64,000 bases of DNA from Protoeuglena noctilucae (GCA_958009085.1 OY253676.1:496001-560000), one strand, 5' to 3'; positions 1 through 13,096 are shown, counted from the stretch's first letter. The notes: generated by a model from the letters alone, not told the origin. A program made the numbers and translations.

Positions 1-319
1 GGGCACCCTCTTGCCCCTTCACCGGCAATAAGTCCTTTCGACAGGCCGCAGATCGCGTCACTCTGACACATGAGTTCACATATGAGCGTGTTCCGGACCC
101 TGCCAGAGCCGCGCGTCGTTCTTGTTCTTTTGAAAGACACTGCCATGCAGATGGGCTGGATATCTTCGACCGAGAATGGTAGAACAGAAGGACAGGGTCG
201 TGCTAGGTCCGCTTTCGATGAACAACAAAGATGAGCTCGGGCAGTGACACCCGTCGCCCATGAGACAGACAGATTACAAGGAGAGCGAAGGAATGGAGAA
301 CGGCTGAGCTGATGCATCG

Positions 320-1792
320 TCACTTGGCTCTTGCCTTTCGCCACTTGTACACCGTGACGCCCCCCACTCGGCCCCCCTCGTCCTCGTATGGACTCTTCTC
401 CCCGCCCACCACGATCTTCCGCACTCCCTTCCCACCCTTGCCCGACAGCTTCTTCTGGAGCTCCAGCCTGCAAGGAGCCACGCGCTGGCTGAGCTCAGCA
501 GCTGTGCTCACATATCGGCAGCAGCTCCGACGGCCATGCATGGCCATCCATGCTACGCTGCCCTTCTGCTCAATAGCAACCCGACAATCCGCGTGTGACG
601 GGCCAATGCAGACGCAACGCGCTTCCTACACACAGCTGGCCCCTCGCCTGTCCGCCACAGCACGGATCTTGTCGTGGGTCTCCGCACGCTGTGCCAGCTC
701 CCGGTACGAAGCAAGCCGGTGACGCTCTGCCTTTTTCACCACGGCGGGCGCTGCGGGTCCCCCCGCGAGGAACTTGGGGTCCTCTAGCTGGCTCGACCTG
801 CGTGCGACGGCACACGGCAGGTGGCAGGTGGATGGCACATGGTCATGAGCGCGCGGCCCGCGCTGCCCATGGATCCAACGGGCCACGAGAGAGCTGACAT
901 CGTCTGCGCACCTGACGCGGTTGAACGCCCGGGACAGGAGGGCCTCTGGAGTGTCGAAGTGCTGGGAGGGGTCGAACTTGCGGGCCTCTTCCGCGGAATC
1001 CTGCGCACCAAGACACGCAGAGGGCCTTGATATCGAATGCCCAGCACGATTCGCGTTCAACCCCTCCGCCCGGTCCGCATCCGGCAGCTCACCACGAAGA
1101 CGGTGTGCTGGGACGGGGCCTGCACCCCCACAAAGTGCAGGTTTCGTTGCAGGCGCTCAATCTTCTTCATCTCTTGACCCGACTTGAGGCTCAAGTAGTT
1201 GACGTCTTGTGTCCGCATCAACGCGAGCTGCTCCTGCGCGCGTGGGGCCACGGCAAAAAGCCTTTGCGTGGGCGTCGCACCAGCGCGTCGCGCCCTGGGC
1301 CCCCTTCCCGCCGCCGCGCACCTGGGTGTACTTCTTAGCCTCCGCAGAGTTGACGACGTGAATCCCTTCCTTCGTCCGGCTCTTCTCCATCGCGAAATAG
1401 AACTCGTCGGGGTTGCGCTGCTCGGCCTTCTCCTGCGCGTGGACGGACAGGCGGGGGTCACGCACCTCGTGCCCGCACTCCTGATGCAGTAGAGGCGCAC
1501 ATGCCAGGCGCTGGGCTCGCCTTGAGCTTCTTGATGGCGTCATCCTTTTTGTGGAAGTCCCGAGCACGCTGCACGTAGTCCTTGTGCTTCTCCAGCAGGC
1601 CCAGCTTGCTCCGCCATCCCCTGCATCCAAGCACGCGAAAGCTGCATTGCTCGGGCCCAGGACAAAGCGGCTCTCGCTCGGCGCAGTCCGCACACGCACG
1701 ACTCACGGCTGCGCTCGCTCCTTGTGCGTCCTCCGCTTCACCACCTTGCTGAACGCCCTCTCGGACTTCAGCTTCATCGGACGCTGCCCCAT
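320..1792 (-). CDS. UTP11: U3 snoRNA-associated protein 11 (SSU processome), about 7 exons
   Basis: Spliced peptide VKRRTHKERAQP|..RSKLGLLEKHKDYVQRARDFHKK..|EKAEQRNPDEFYFAM..LMRTQDVNYL..HFDTPEALLSRAFNR..YKWRKARAK matches Utp11 motifs. Confidence 0.93.
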
Positions 1793-2135
1793 GGCGCGCG
1801 TCGTCCGGCCCAGCAGGGCCGAAATGGGAGCCGGGGCTGCCGGTTGGAAAACGTGACAATCCTGCCCCGGGCGGGATAGATGAGGCCTCCTTCCGATCCC
1901 CAAGCTTACCCAGTTGCTACAGGAACACGCGTCTGGCCTCGGCGTCGCGCGAAACGCTCCTTCTCTGCCCAGTCGTCCGTCAGACCAGACAGACAGGAGC
2001 CGCCGGTCGTCGGCTGCATCCACCGGGGGTGGCGCTCCGTGTCCAAATACAAGTCCGGTCCTGTCTCTCGTAGGACGGCTATCCGCCCTGCCGTCTCGCG
2101 CCGCCCTGGCATCGCGGGGGCCAAGCGGCGGGACG

Positions 2136-5100
2136 ATGTCGGCGTCCTCTGTACCGGCATCTCTCTTGGTGGGAGATGTCGCGAGGGTGCGGGTCTCGAG
2201 GGGATCGGCGGGGGCCCGGGGGCTGGTCGTCTGCTCGGCCGAGCGCCCTGGGGTCCCCGAGAGGCAGATACCCCGCAGGCCTCTGTGGAAGTCGCGGGGG
2301 ATGAAGGTCGCGGTGCTGGCGGTGAGGACAGGGGGCGAGGGGTTGATCGGAGGGCGTGGTCGGGCAGCGCGGGCGTCTACAGCTATTTGCCGTCCTCCTG
2401 GGGCCGATGGCCCGCTGGCTGCTGCAGACAGCGAAGGTACTGGATGAAGATACCGCTTGAGGCCCGACCTGTCGCCGGCGAACTCCCCGCTGACGAAAAC
2501 GCGAGCGCTGCGCTGGTGCGACCTTTATCGATGGCATCCTCCCCGATGGGCCTCTCTCGCCGCAGGCAACCCTGACCGTTGCATCGGCTGCAGTCCCAGT
2601 GGATGTGGGAGGAAGCGGAGGCGCCGGCCCAGCGGGCGGTGGCGGCGGGGGGGGTGGCGGCGGGGGCGGGTGGGGGCTCATCCGGCGGGCGCTTCTTGCG
2701 CGGGCGGACGAAAAGTGAGGGCGCTCTGCTGGCCATTAGATGACTGTTATCTCCCCATCCAGCGTGTTTCGTGCCCCGCCGCGATGCCGCGCGCGAGGCC
2801 CCGGCACTGACGCTGCGCGCCCCTTCCCATGCTCCGCAGCGACGATGACGATGAGGAGGAGGAGGAGGAGGTCGCGGAGGAGGACGAGGAATTTGAAGAA
2901 GAAGTCGCGGAGGAGGAGGAGGGCGGGGCCGGGGACGGGGAGGAGGACCACCCGGACGACGTGGCAGCGGCGGGCTTTGCGGGGGAGCATGCGCTGGACG
3001 TGGCGAGCGGGGACTTCTTCTGCTACGAGATGCGCGCGGAGGGCCTGCCGCGCGAGGACGGCGTCCCGACGGAGGAGGAGCTCTTCGCGAACCTCAAGTG
3101 CCAGCCGGGCTTCAAGTGCACGCGCCAGGAGCTCTCGGAGGACCTCCGCACGCTCATGGGCCTGGGCCTGTTCGAGGACGTGACGGCGACGGTGGACCCG
3201 ATCCCGGGCACGGCCAAGTCCAAGCTGACGGTCCGCTTCGACCAGAAGATTTGGCCAAGGATGCAGAGCTTCAAGGTCAACGGGGCGACGGTGCTGCCGC
3301 CCGAGGTGGAGGAGCGGGTCATGGAGGAGCAGGGCAAGACGGAGGGGCCGAGCAACATGCGGACGCTCGCGCTGATCAAGAACGTGGTCGAGAAGTGGTA
3401 CCAGGACCGAGGCTACCCCTTCTCCTACATCCAGACGTACGACGGGATGGACACCGGTGAGGGGCGCGGGGTCGGCGTGGCGGGAAGCGGTGCACGATCG
3501 AGACCACGGACGGCGTCCTGCAGATGTAGACAGCTGGCATGGGTGGGGGTGTGAGCGGGCTCCGCAGGGCGCGAGCGTGCGTGTGTCTCTGAGAGTGCCT
3601 CGGTCCCCCTGCGCAGGCCATGTGGTGGCGAACGTGGTGGAGGGTCGCGTGAGCAAGGTCAACCTGGTGTTCCAGGACGAGGCGGGCAACACGATCAAGG
3701 GCGGTGGCGAGACGGACCCGGCCATCATCACGCGCGAGCTGCCGTTCAAGGAGGGCATGCTCTACAGCCAGGAGGACGCCCGCCGCGCGCTGCGGGACAT
3801 CTTCGCGACCAACCTGTTTGAGAACGTGCAGATCGCGCCGCGCCAGAACCCCAAGAACGAGCGGGAGGTCGAGGTGGACGTGCTCCTGAAGGAGCGGCCC
3901 GCCAAGGTGACTACGCGGGACGCTTGCGGCAGAGCTGGTGCTGGATGCGCGGGGGGGCGGGCCTCTTGATTGTGCCACCCCTCTGCGCGCCGACTGTGCG
4001 CTCGGGTGTCGCGGTCAGCTGCCAGCGAGCGCCAGGACCGTCGCCCTCGCGCGCAGTCGGCGGAGGTGGAGGCCGAATGGCAGCTGGCGCCCAACGACCG
4101 CGGGTGGCCCATGCTGGTGTCGATCGTGCCGGGCGGCTCCGTCACGTTCGAGCACCGCAACCTCCAGGGCGTCGGGAACCAGATCTCCGCGTCCATCAAC
4201 ACCCAGAACTTCCTGCAGCCCCAGGACGACCTCGGCTTCAAGGCGAGACCGCAGATGCTGTGGCGCCGCTGTTTGACGTGCCACGCGCCGGCGACCGTCT
4301 CTCCGCATCGTAGCGCTGCGTGCGGCTGGGTCATTGCCTGCCTCGGCTGTGCTCTGCAGAGAGCCAGCACGCAAGTTGTAACCGCCGATGGGGTCAGAGT
4401 CACAGAGTCCCGGCATACACACAACTGACACATGCAACTCCCCGTGTCACGCAGGTGGATTACAAGATGCCGTTCCTCAAGGGCCCCGGCGACCCCCGCC
4501 GCACGTCCCTGAGCGTGTCCGCGTTTAACGCACGCAAGCTCTCGCCCGTGTTCACGGCCGGGCCCGGGATGGACGCCACGGAGGTCCCCTCGGTGTGGGT
4601 GGACCGCACGGGGGCCAAGATCTCGGTGCACGAGACGTACACGCGGCATTCGTACGGCCAGCTGTCGCTGCTGCTCCAGGACGTGACCACCTTCGACGAC
4701 CAGGGCCAGCCCATCGCCACCGCCAGCCGCGCTGGACCGTCGTTCGGCCGGGGCCCAGACGGGGCGCCCCCCACGACCCTGTCCGGCACGCACCGCGACC
4801 GCACGGCCACCCTGCAGGCCACCATCGTCCGCGACGCGACCTACTTCGTCAACGGCGCCCTCGTGGGCCCCCGGGATGTGTTCAAGGTTGACCAGGGCCT
4901 CGGCATCGGGCCCGGGGCGCCCCTCTTCAACCGCTTCGAGGCCTCCTCGTCACGGTGAGCGGCGCGCGGCGAGGGCGCGGCGCTAGCCTGGGCCGCGTGC
5001 GCAGGGGAGGTGCTGAGCTATCTGGTGAGACATCCGTCGACCCCCTCGTCACCCCCCCAGGTTCATCCCGCTGACTCAGCCACGGAAGGGGACGACGCAG

Positions 5101-5490
5101 ATGCCGACGGTGCTCGTGGTGCACGGGAAGCTGGGCCACACGGTGGGCGACCTGGCGGGGTACGACCTGTACCCGCTGGGGGGCCCGTACTCGGTGCGGG
5201 GCTACACGCACGGCGAGCTGGGGGCGTGCCGGTCGTACGCCGAGATGGCGGCCGAGGTGCGGATGCAGGTGCCCCGCACGCGGCACCAGGCGTACGCCTT
5301 TGTGGAGCACGGCACGGACCTGGGCTCGGCGGCCTTCGTCAAGGGCAACCCGACGCAGTACTTCAAGAAGGCCGGGTCGGGGTCCTCGTACGGCGCGGGC
5401 ATCAAGATCGGCGCCGTGCGCGCGGAGTGGGCCAAGGACTGCAACATGGGGCGCGGCACGTGGTACCTTAAGTTCGGCGAGCGGTTCTGA
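2136..5490 (+). CDS. TOC75: Chloroplast outer-envelope translocon channel Toc75 (Omp85/BamA family)
   Basis: Transit-like N-terminus, poly-Gly tract, POTRA-like segments (EDLRTLMGLGLFEDV; ALRDIFATNLFENVQI), barrel motifs FEHRNLQG and LGGPYSVRGY, C-terminus YLKFGERF; first exon boundary uncertain. Confidence 0.9.
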
Positions 5491-5766
5491 GGCGTTCGCG
5501 CGTTTTCCACGCACGCTGAGCCTCGCGGCTCAGCCTCGTTTTTGCTCGCTCGCTCGTAAGGCAACCGTGCCCGCGCTTGAGGCCTGCGCGCTGCCTGAAG
5601 GTGTCGTGGGCGTCAGACAGCGCGTGCCGCTCATCTGCTCTGGGGCGTGCCGGCCTTGGTCGGTCTCGCCAAGTTGCCACCTCAGCCATTCAACGCTCAC
5701 CTCCCTGTCACGGAGAACTCGCCCGGCTCTCTGAATTCCATTGCTTCTTTGAGACCAGCGGGAAGG

Positions 5767-6823
5767 ATGCTCGCGCGGATCGGGGGGGAGCTTGCGCGGC
5801 AGGCGTCTGGCCTGTTCGCATCTGCCGCGACTCCCGCGGTGGCCGTGGCCGGCCGGCGTCTCTATCACGAGCGGGTGAGGTGCCCCGGCCCAGCGACGGG
5901 CGGGTAAGGGGGCGCGCTATCCCGCCCGGCATTCGCGATGCTCGAGCGTCTCTTCGAACGCGTGACCTGCGTGTCCGGAGGCCGCGCTTGCGGGCCTCGC
6001 GGCGTAGGTGGGGCGGATGGTTTCGGGTGCCCCCGCGTCCGGACGATCTCCGCTCGCACCCCGCATCCCATCGGTCTGATGTTGGTGCCGTTGCGCTTCA
6101 GCGGGGACCGCGTTCGCCGCCTCCCGCGCGCTTCCGGGGCGCGAGGACCCCACGCTTCCATCGCGCACCGCATCGGACTTTACGCCCGCTCCGAGGCCTC
6201 TGAAACTTTGCAGCCCCCATGACGCATCCCTCGTGACAGTATCTTCCGTTCACCGCGCCTGCAGGTCATTGACCACTACGAGAAGCCTCGCAACGTGGGG
6301 TCCTTCGACAAGGCGGACCCCAATGTGGGCACGGGCCTCGTCGGCGCGCCGGGTGAGCTTTCTGGCCCGCTGTCCCCATGCTTGCATCCGGTTTTGTGAG
6401 CCGGAGTCTCCACTCGCAGCTCCGGTCCCGGGGGCCGGCGGAAACTCTTGCGGAAGCGTGCATGACCCGTCTGTGCCTCTCCCTCGGCCCGCAGCGTGTG
6501 GGGATGTGATGAAGCTTCAGATCAAGGTGGACGAGAACGGCAACATTGTGGACTCGTGCTTTAAGACGTTCGGGTGCGGGTCCGCAATTGCCTCCTCGTC
6601 GGTGGCCACCGAGTGGGTCAAGGGGCGGACGCTCGACGACGTCTTAACCATCAAAAACCAGGACATCGCCAAGCACCTGAGCCTCCCGCCGGTGAAGCTC
6701 CACTGCTCGATGCTCGCGGAGGACGCCATCAAGGCGGCCGTGCGCGACATCCAGGCCAAGCGGGCTGCGGCCAAGGGCGGGGACGCTGGGACCGCGGCTG
6801 AGGCCTCGGCGGCCACTGCATGA
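5767..6823 (+). CDS. ISU1: Mitochondrial Fe-S cluster scaffold IscU/ISU1, 3 exons
   Basis: Presequence then [66 protein letters not shown]. Confidence 0.97.
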
Positions 6824-7084
6824 GCGCGGGATGCTCGCCATCGCGCCCGCTCCTTTTCACGAGCCCTAGCCCAGGAGGGCTGGGCGAGGGCTCGCATCTC
6901 TTTCCTTTTCTTCAACGCACTTGGACATGGCTTGGTCGCCGCCTCGCTTCTCTCATCACTCTAGCGGCGGCAGCTGCACTGAAGACTCCATTTGCTACCT
7001 CAGTGGCTCTGGCAGCACGCGGCTCAAGCACGTCTCGCACGTCGGGTCCTCCCGACACGCGTGCCAGGGCGCGTCTGCCCACCA

Positions 7085-10000
7085 TCAGCTGAACTTGCCC
7101 ATGGCCTCCTTCAGCGCGTCGAAGATGAGGTCCGCACGCGCCACCTGCTCGATGCCCCCGCCCCGGTTCTTCACCTTGTCCGGGTGCACCACCAACAGCG
7201 CCCGGTGGTACACCTTCTTGACCTTGCTCTCATCGATCAGGTCCGCCATCGACACTGCAGCGCAAGGGGGCGGCGAAGGCGTCCATGGGGCGCTGGCGAC
7301 CGACCCCGGGACCCCAGTCGGGCCTGGAAGCCACGCTTGCTTTTACAGGTTTCGAACGTCACCCAAATCGCAGCCCTTGGTGTAAGGTCACACATGCGAA
7401 GAAACCCAAGGCAAAGGACTGCCATGGGTATCGACATTGCCCATCCTGCCCTGCACCCCACCCCCCACGCCTCCACCCCAACCCCTCGCAAGCGCGCACC
7501 TTGCTTCCACTCGCACTCGGGCCACAGGACGCGGTCCATCGTAGCCAGCAGCGTGCGCAGGTTCCCCTTCGAAGACGCCCGCCACGACTCCACCTCGGCC
7601 TTCAGCTCCTTCTTCCGCTCGTACGCCTGCTCCTTCTCCTCTGCCGCCTGACGCTCCCGCTCCTGCGCAGGAAACAGCAGCGGGGATGGAGTCAGTGCCC
7701 CCGGGCGCCTCGAAACGACCGACCGGCGCACGGGCTTACGGCAGCCGAACCCAGATCGACCGTCCACACAGCGGACCCACGCCGTCTAAGCCGGCGCCTA
7801 GGACCACTGCGTGTTGGCCCCACAAACTCCCTTCGCCGCGACTGCGGGGACCCGCGCGCAGGGTCTCCGCCCGGGCACTCGCCTGTTGCTCCCGCAGCGC
7901 CTTCTCCATGGCCGCCTTCTTTTGTGCGATGCGCGCGATGCGCAGGCGGCGCCGCTCCTCGGGCTCGCCCTCCACCTCCACGTCCTCCTCGTCCACTGCG
8001 GACACGATTGCACGGTGAACGTCAGTTACACGTCGAAGAAGGAAAGGGGCGACGAGCGGCTTCCCTCTCTCGCAAGCGGCCTGTGCGACAAAAAGCGGTG
8101 TCAGTCCGCAGCCGCACTCACGTTTGATCCCGTCGCCCCCAGAACCCCCGAACATGTCGAGCAGGCCACCCCCGGCGCCGAACCCAGCGGATGCCGCTGC
8201 CGGCGCCGCTGCGGGCGCGGGGCCCATGTCGAACAGGTCCCCCACAGGTTGGGGGCTCGGGCGCGCCGCCGGCCGTGGTGCCGGCGCCTGGTTGAAGATG
8301 TCCATCTCCGGCTGGGCCGGCGGGGTCGGCGCGGCGGGCGACGCGGCCGCCGCGGCGCTCCGGGACGGCGTGAAGTCCCCGCCCAGCAAGTCGTGCTCCT
8401 CCGAGGCCCCCGCGGTCGCTGCCGTGTGGGGCGACGGCGGCGCGGCTGCCTCGCCTCGCGCGGACCCCTCTCGCTGGGCCGTGCCCGACCCCGGGACCCC
8501 CTGGCTCGGCTCTCGGCTGCCCGGCACCGTCGGGGCCCGCGGCGGGTGCGTCGCCGACGCCTCGCGAGACACGGGGGTGGAGTGGGAGGCCCCGTGGGGG
8601 GACGTCGGTCGCCGCGCGGCCGCCTCCGGAGCCGCCCGCGGGTGCAGCGGCGAGGGCTGCGGGGCCTGCGGCGCGGCCGCTTGGGGCGCGGTGCGTTGCT
8701 GCGCGGCGCGAGCGCGGAAGGGCGCCATGGCGGCGTCGATGACCTCGGGCGTGACGTCCTCCACGGTCGGCGGTAAGAGCACGTGGCCGTGGGCCGGGCG
8801 AGGGATGACGCCGCCCGAGACGGTGATCGTGTCCAGCACCAGCAGCACCGCGTCGCGCTGCGAGGCATCCATCGCGCTGCGGGCGCACGCAGGAGGGGCA
8901 CGCGCTGAGGGCAGCGGGGCGCGCTCCAGCGGGGCGCGCTCCCTGCCGCCAACCTGGCAAAGCCCCTCACTTGATGGCCGCCTTTCGGTCCCACTCGGGC
9001 AGCAAGAACAGAGAGACGCCCTCAACCACGAAGTAAGGGTCCACGTCGAGCACGGGCGGGCTGGTCAGGGCCCTCGACCGCTGACGCTCGGCCACGTTCT
9101 GGTCCATGTGCGTCCGGAACTCCGCAGCCATCTGTTTCGCGGACTCGGCGACCTTCTTGCCGAAGTCGCGCGCCTTGCCCAAAATGCCGCGGAGGCCCCC
9201 GCCGCCACTGCAAACGCCAAACCACTCCTCGGGTCACGCGCAGCTGGCAGGTAGTATCACGGCAGCAGCCCGCCCGGCCTGCAGCCCCTCACCCCTGCTG
9301 CGCGCCGCCGCGCAAGAAGCTGGGCTCCGAGGGCACATGGCTGGCGTCGGCGGGGTGGCCGGCCCACAGCCCCGGCCCGTGCCCGGGATGCGCGAAGGCC
9401 GGCCCCGCGGACCGAGCCGCCTCTGCGCGCCGGTCCTCCGCGTCAGGCATCCACGCCGGGGCGCCCTGCGGCGCCTCTGGCGTCGCTGACCGAGGCACAG
9501 TCCTGGACCCTTGGGAGCCTTCGCTGCCGTCCACGCCCCACCGCTGACTGACCGGGCTCGGCTCGCCGGTGCTGCTCACGGGGCGCTGCGGCCGCGCTCC
9601 TTCCAACGAACCCCGCCCGGTCATGCCCTCTGCGCCTGCCGCGCTCGCGTAGACCTGCCCCGCGTGCCCCACGGGGCTGTGCACCTGTGCCGGCTCCGTC
9701 GAGCGCGGCGCGGGTGCTGGCGCCGGCGCAGGAGCGGGGGCCGCGAAGCCCGCGAGGAGGTCGTCGCCGGCGTCGGGGGCGTGGTTGGCCACATGTGCTG
9801 GCGCCGGGGCTGCCGTGCTGGGGATGAATCCCAGGCCCAACGGGTCGTCCGCGGCGGCAGCGCCGGTGGGTGCGGGACCGGAGACGGAGATGCCCGAGAA
9901 GGGGTCGTGGAGGCCGCCCGCGCCGGGAGAAGGCGCGCCAAAAGCATCCACTCCGAGCAACGGGTTGACGGCTGCATTGCGGAGGCCCGAGGGCCCCGGC

Positions 10001-10573
10001 GCGGGCGGCGCGGGACGGGCGGAGCCGCCCTGCCCGCCCACGTTGGGGTCCGAGGACGTGTGCGCGTGCCGCGGCCCTGAAGGGTGGTGGCCGTGGGGCG
10101 AGCTCGTCGCGGCGTTCTGCCCCGACCCGCTCCCCGACGGCCTCCCCTCCGTCATCGAGCCGCCGATCGACGCCAGGTCGTCGAGCGGTGACAGGGACGC
10201 GGCAGAGGCGACACGGGGGGTCCCGTTCGGGGTGGCGCCCGCCGACGGAGCGCTGGGGCGGGAGCTGGTAGGGGCCGTCCCCGGCGTGCGCCCCGCGTTC
10301 ATCGGGGCAGGCTTGCTCTGCGGCCGGAGGAGCGCGTGGATGTCAAAGGAGATCCCGCGACGAGTCGGGGCCCCGTGGGCGGGCCCAATTCCCGGCTTGC
10401 GGGACCCTCCCGGGGTCGACGCAAGGGGCAGACGAAACTCGAGCGACGGGATCGACGCTCACCTTGCTGGGTGTCCCCAGGTCAGCAAAAGCGTCCGACA
10501 GACCCGCCCGTGCCGCGGGCCCCTGTCCTCCGGTGCCAGGCCGGCCACCGCCCGCAGCTTTCATTCCCACCAT
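7085..10573 (-). CDS. Auxilin-like protein with C-terminal J-domain
   Basis: C-terminal KGNLRTLLATMDRVLWPECEWKQ|VSMADLIDESKVKKVYHRALLVVHPDK (HPD motif); long Pro/Ala-rich N-terminus with DLL/DLF-type motifs; start and joining of 5' exons inferred. Confidence 0.82.
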
Positions 10574-11450
10574 CGGGCCCTGTGTTGCAGGGTGACGGGG
10601 TGACGCGTGATCCACGAGAGCGTGCCAAGCCCATGCGTGACGCAAACACGCGACGTTCCGAGCGCAAGGGAGCGTCGGAAGCTCCAAAAGGCCCTTTGAG
10701 CGCGGTAGTTCAGGGCGCGCCAAGTTCCAAGTCCAAGAGCAGGCCCCTCGCCTTCTGGGGCGTGCCACCGCCCGTTCCCAGACCTCCTAGACCAGAGAAC
10801 GCATCGTTCGCCGTCTTCATCATCCCCTATTGATGAGCGTTGCGAAGGGTCGCCCTGGCCCTCCCCACGGGACCACGCGGGGGGCGATGCAGGCGAGAAC
10901 CTGCAACAACTTCTGCCCAATTACTGCCCACTGTCTCGATTAACCGCTCAAGGCGGTGCAGCGCGCGCAGCGAGCGGGCGTTACAGCTCGGCGCCCGTTT
11001 GTTGCCTAGCTCGACAACTACAGCGCCCGACGGAGGAACGGGCACTGTATCGGCACAAGCATTGCGCACAGGGCGCCAAGCGGACTGCCGTTTGGCCACT
11101 TGAGCGGTCAGACGGGGGCGCCAGATCGGTGTACCGGTCTCGCGCGCGCGGAGAGGTCCCCAACGCGCAGTCACCGCCGCATTCGGTGTGCGACCTGAAC
11201 TACTAGTCGCAGGTGGGTGCGGAGGGGCTGGCTTGCAGCGGAGCGTGGGGATTGTCGCTGCCTGCAATTCCTGCCAATGGCGCGGCTGCACGTCTCTGGC
11301 TGGACTCTTTGGCGTTCGTCGCGCGGGCGTGCGGGGCCAGTGCGGCACGCCTTCGCCCGTGGCCCGCGGCAGCTCAAACGCGCACATCCGTCGCACCCCC
11401 TCGCTCGACGCAGCCACCTGCAGCGCCGGTTCCTGCTCGACGCATTCCTG

Positions 11451-11811
11451 ATGCTCCCCGCACTGCTGGCGACGTTCGCGAGAGGCCGTCGCGTTGTACC
11501 CGCGAAGGGCTGGAAGGTCATCACAACCAAGCGTGCGGCCGGCGCCGTCCGCGGATTCTACAAGGGGAAAGGCGCCCGCTCCACCGGCGCGGTACGCTCT
11601 CCGCTGAACACCCTCCCGGGCGCGCGCGCTCGCCCGCGGCGGCGCTGGCGCGCCTCCACGCCCCGTTGCCGCCGACCCGCCCCCGCAGCTCGACTCCCGC
11701 GGCGAATTCCGCGTCCTGCCCCAGCGGCTGCCCGACTTTGTCGTCCCGGACCTCACAGGGTTCCCGCTGAAGCCTTACGTGGACGCCAACGTGCGCCCCG
11801 GCACCAAGTAG
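11451..11811 (+). CDS. MRPL41: Mitochondrial ribosomal protein mL41 (87 aa; intron 11592-11688)
   Basis: ITTKRA..GFYKGKGARSTG|..RGEFRV..LPDFVVPDLTGFPLKPYV is the mL41 (MRP-L27) signature. Confidence 0.9.
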
Positions 11812-11820
11812 CAGCCCAGG

Positions 11821-13022
11821 ATGGCCTCCCCGGCCCTCGACCCGGGGCCCCAGGCTTCGGCCTCGGCCCCCTCCACCCACGGGACGCGATGGCCGCCTCC
11901 GGGGGAGCCCGTCGCCGGGAAGCCCGGCACCAGCGGCACGGAGACGGCGTCGACGCGAGGGTCGAGCCCGGCCCCCAGCGCGGGGTGCCAGCCCGGCCTC
12001 GTCTGCTCCACGCCGTCGCTGGCCGCCCACGCCGGCGGCGACGGAGCGTTCGGACCGTCGGACATCCGGGGGCGCCAGCAGGGCGCGTCGGATGCGTCCG
12101 CTGCCGGGACGTCGGGCGCGTTCCCTGGGCCGGCCTCACGTGGCCGGTACTTCTCGCGCGAGCGGTGGCTCCCGCTCATCACATCCTGCCTGGAACGCAT
12201 GGCGGGCGTCAACACGGAGCGACTGTCTGACTTCCACGCCCCGGGTCCCACGGAGTCATCGACGGCCCACCCCGCGCCGCCCGCCGTGCCCGTGGCCCCC
12301 GCGGCAGCCCTCCAGGCTTTGCGTCCCGGCGACAGCGTCTTCCATGGGCCCAGGGAGGCCCCTCTGTCTGTGGCGGACTACCTGGACCGGCTCTACACCT
12401 ACTTCCAGTGCAACCCCGCTGCGCTCTTCGCGGCGCTGTGCTACATCCGGCGCGCCTCCCTCTCCGACCCGTACCTCCAAGTAACTCCTCTCACAGTCCA
12501 CAGGCAAGCGCGGTCTTGGGAGCTGCAGTCCCGTCTCGGCTGGGCGCGCGTGCCTTGCCAGGAATCATGGCCTGCCCTGGGCTCCCGGTTGCGACTCCCT
12601 TGACCCGCAGGCTGCTCCTCGCTGCGCTCACGGTCGGCGCCAAGTTCTTAGACGACCGCTTCTTGTCAAACGCATACTACGCGCGGGTGGGGGGGGTCAC
12701 GCTCCGGGAGCTGAACGCGATGGAGGCCGAGCTGCTGCGGAGGCTCGGGTGGAGAGCCACGGTCAGGTGCGAGGCCTGTGTGCTGGGGCCGCCTGGAGGT
12801 GCCGCGGGTCACGGTGCTACGCGCCGCAACGCGGGTGGCCCTCAGTTGGCAGTGCCAAACACCACGTCTCCCTTGGTCGAGGAATGCAGGGAAGAGGACG
12901 TGCTTCAAATTATGGCCATCCTGGAGATGGACGGCTCTCTTACTGACAACCCATTCGGCGTGGGGTCCGGTTCCGATGAAGAGGGCCGCGCTGCCGCAGA
13001 TGCAGAGGCGCGCGAGCTGTGA
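11821..13022 (+). CDS. PHO80-like cyclin (plant cyclin P/U family)
   Basis: FHGPREAPLSVADYLDRLYTYFQCNP..ALCYIRR..VTPLTVHR|LLLAALTVGAKFLDDRFLSNAYYARVGGVTLRELNAME. Confidence 0.9.
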
Positions 13023-13096
13023 GGTCTCGACAACCCTCCACGACAACCCTCCACAAATCTCCATGTCTTTCTTGTTCTAGCCTTCCCACCACACTA

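Noticed and set aside
76..261. 61-aa ORF just downstream of UTP11
   Set aside because: No recognisable motif and no GC3 bias; probably 3' UTR or intergenic
7811..10603. Long plus-strand ORFs (321, 376 and 272 aa) and many similar overlapping ORFs across the window
   Set aside because: Antisense or off-frame shadows of real exons, expected at this GC content
10828..10920. Possible C/D snoRNA (TGATGA)
   Set aside because: No convincing D box or terminal stem
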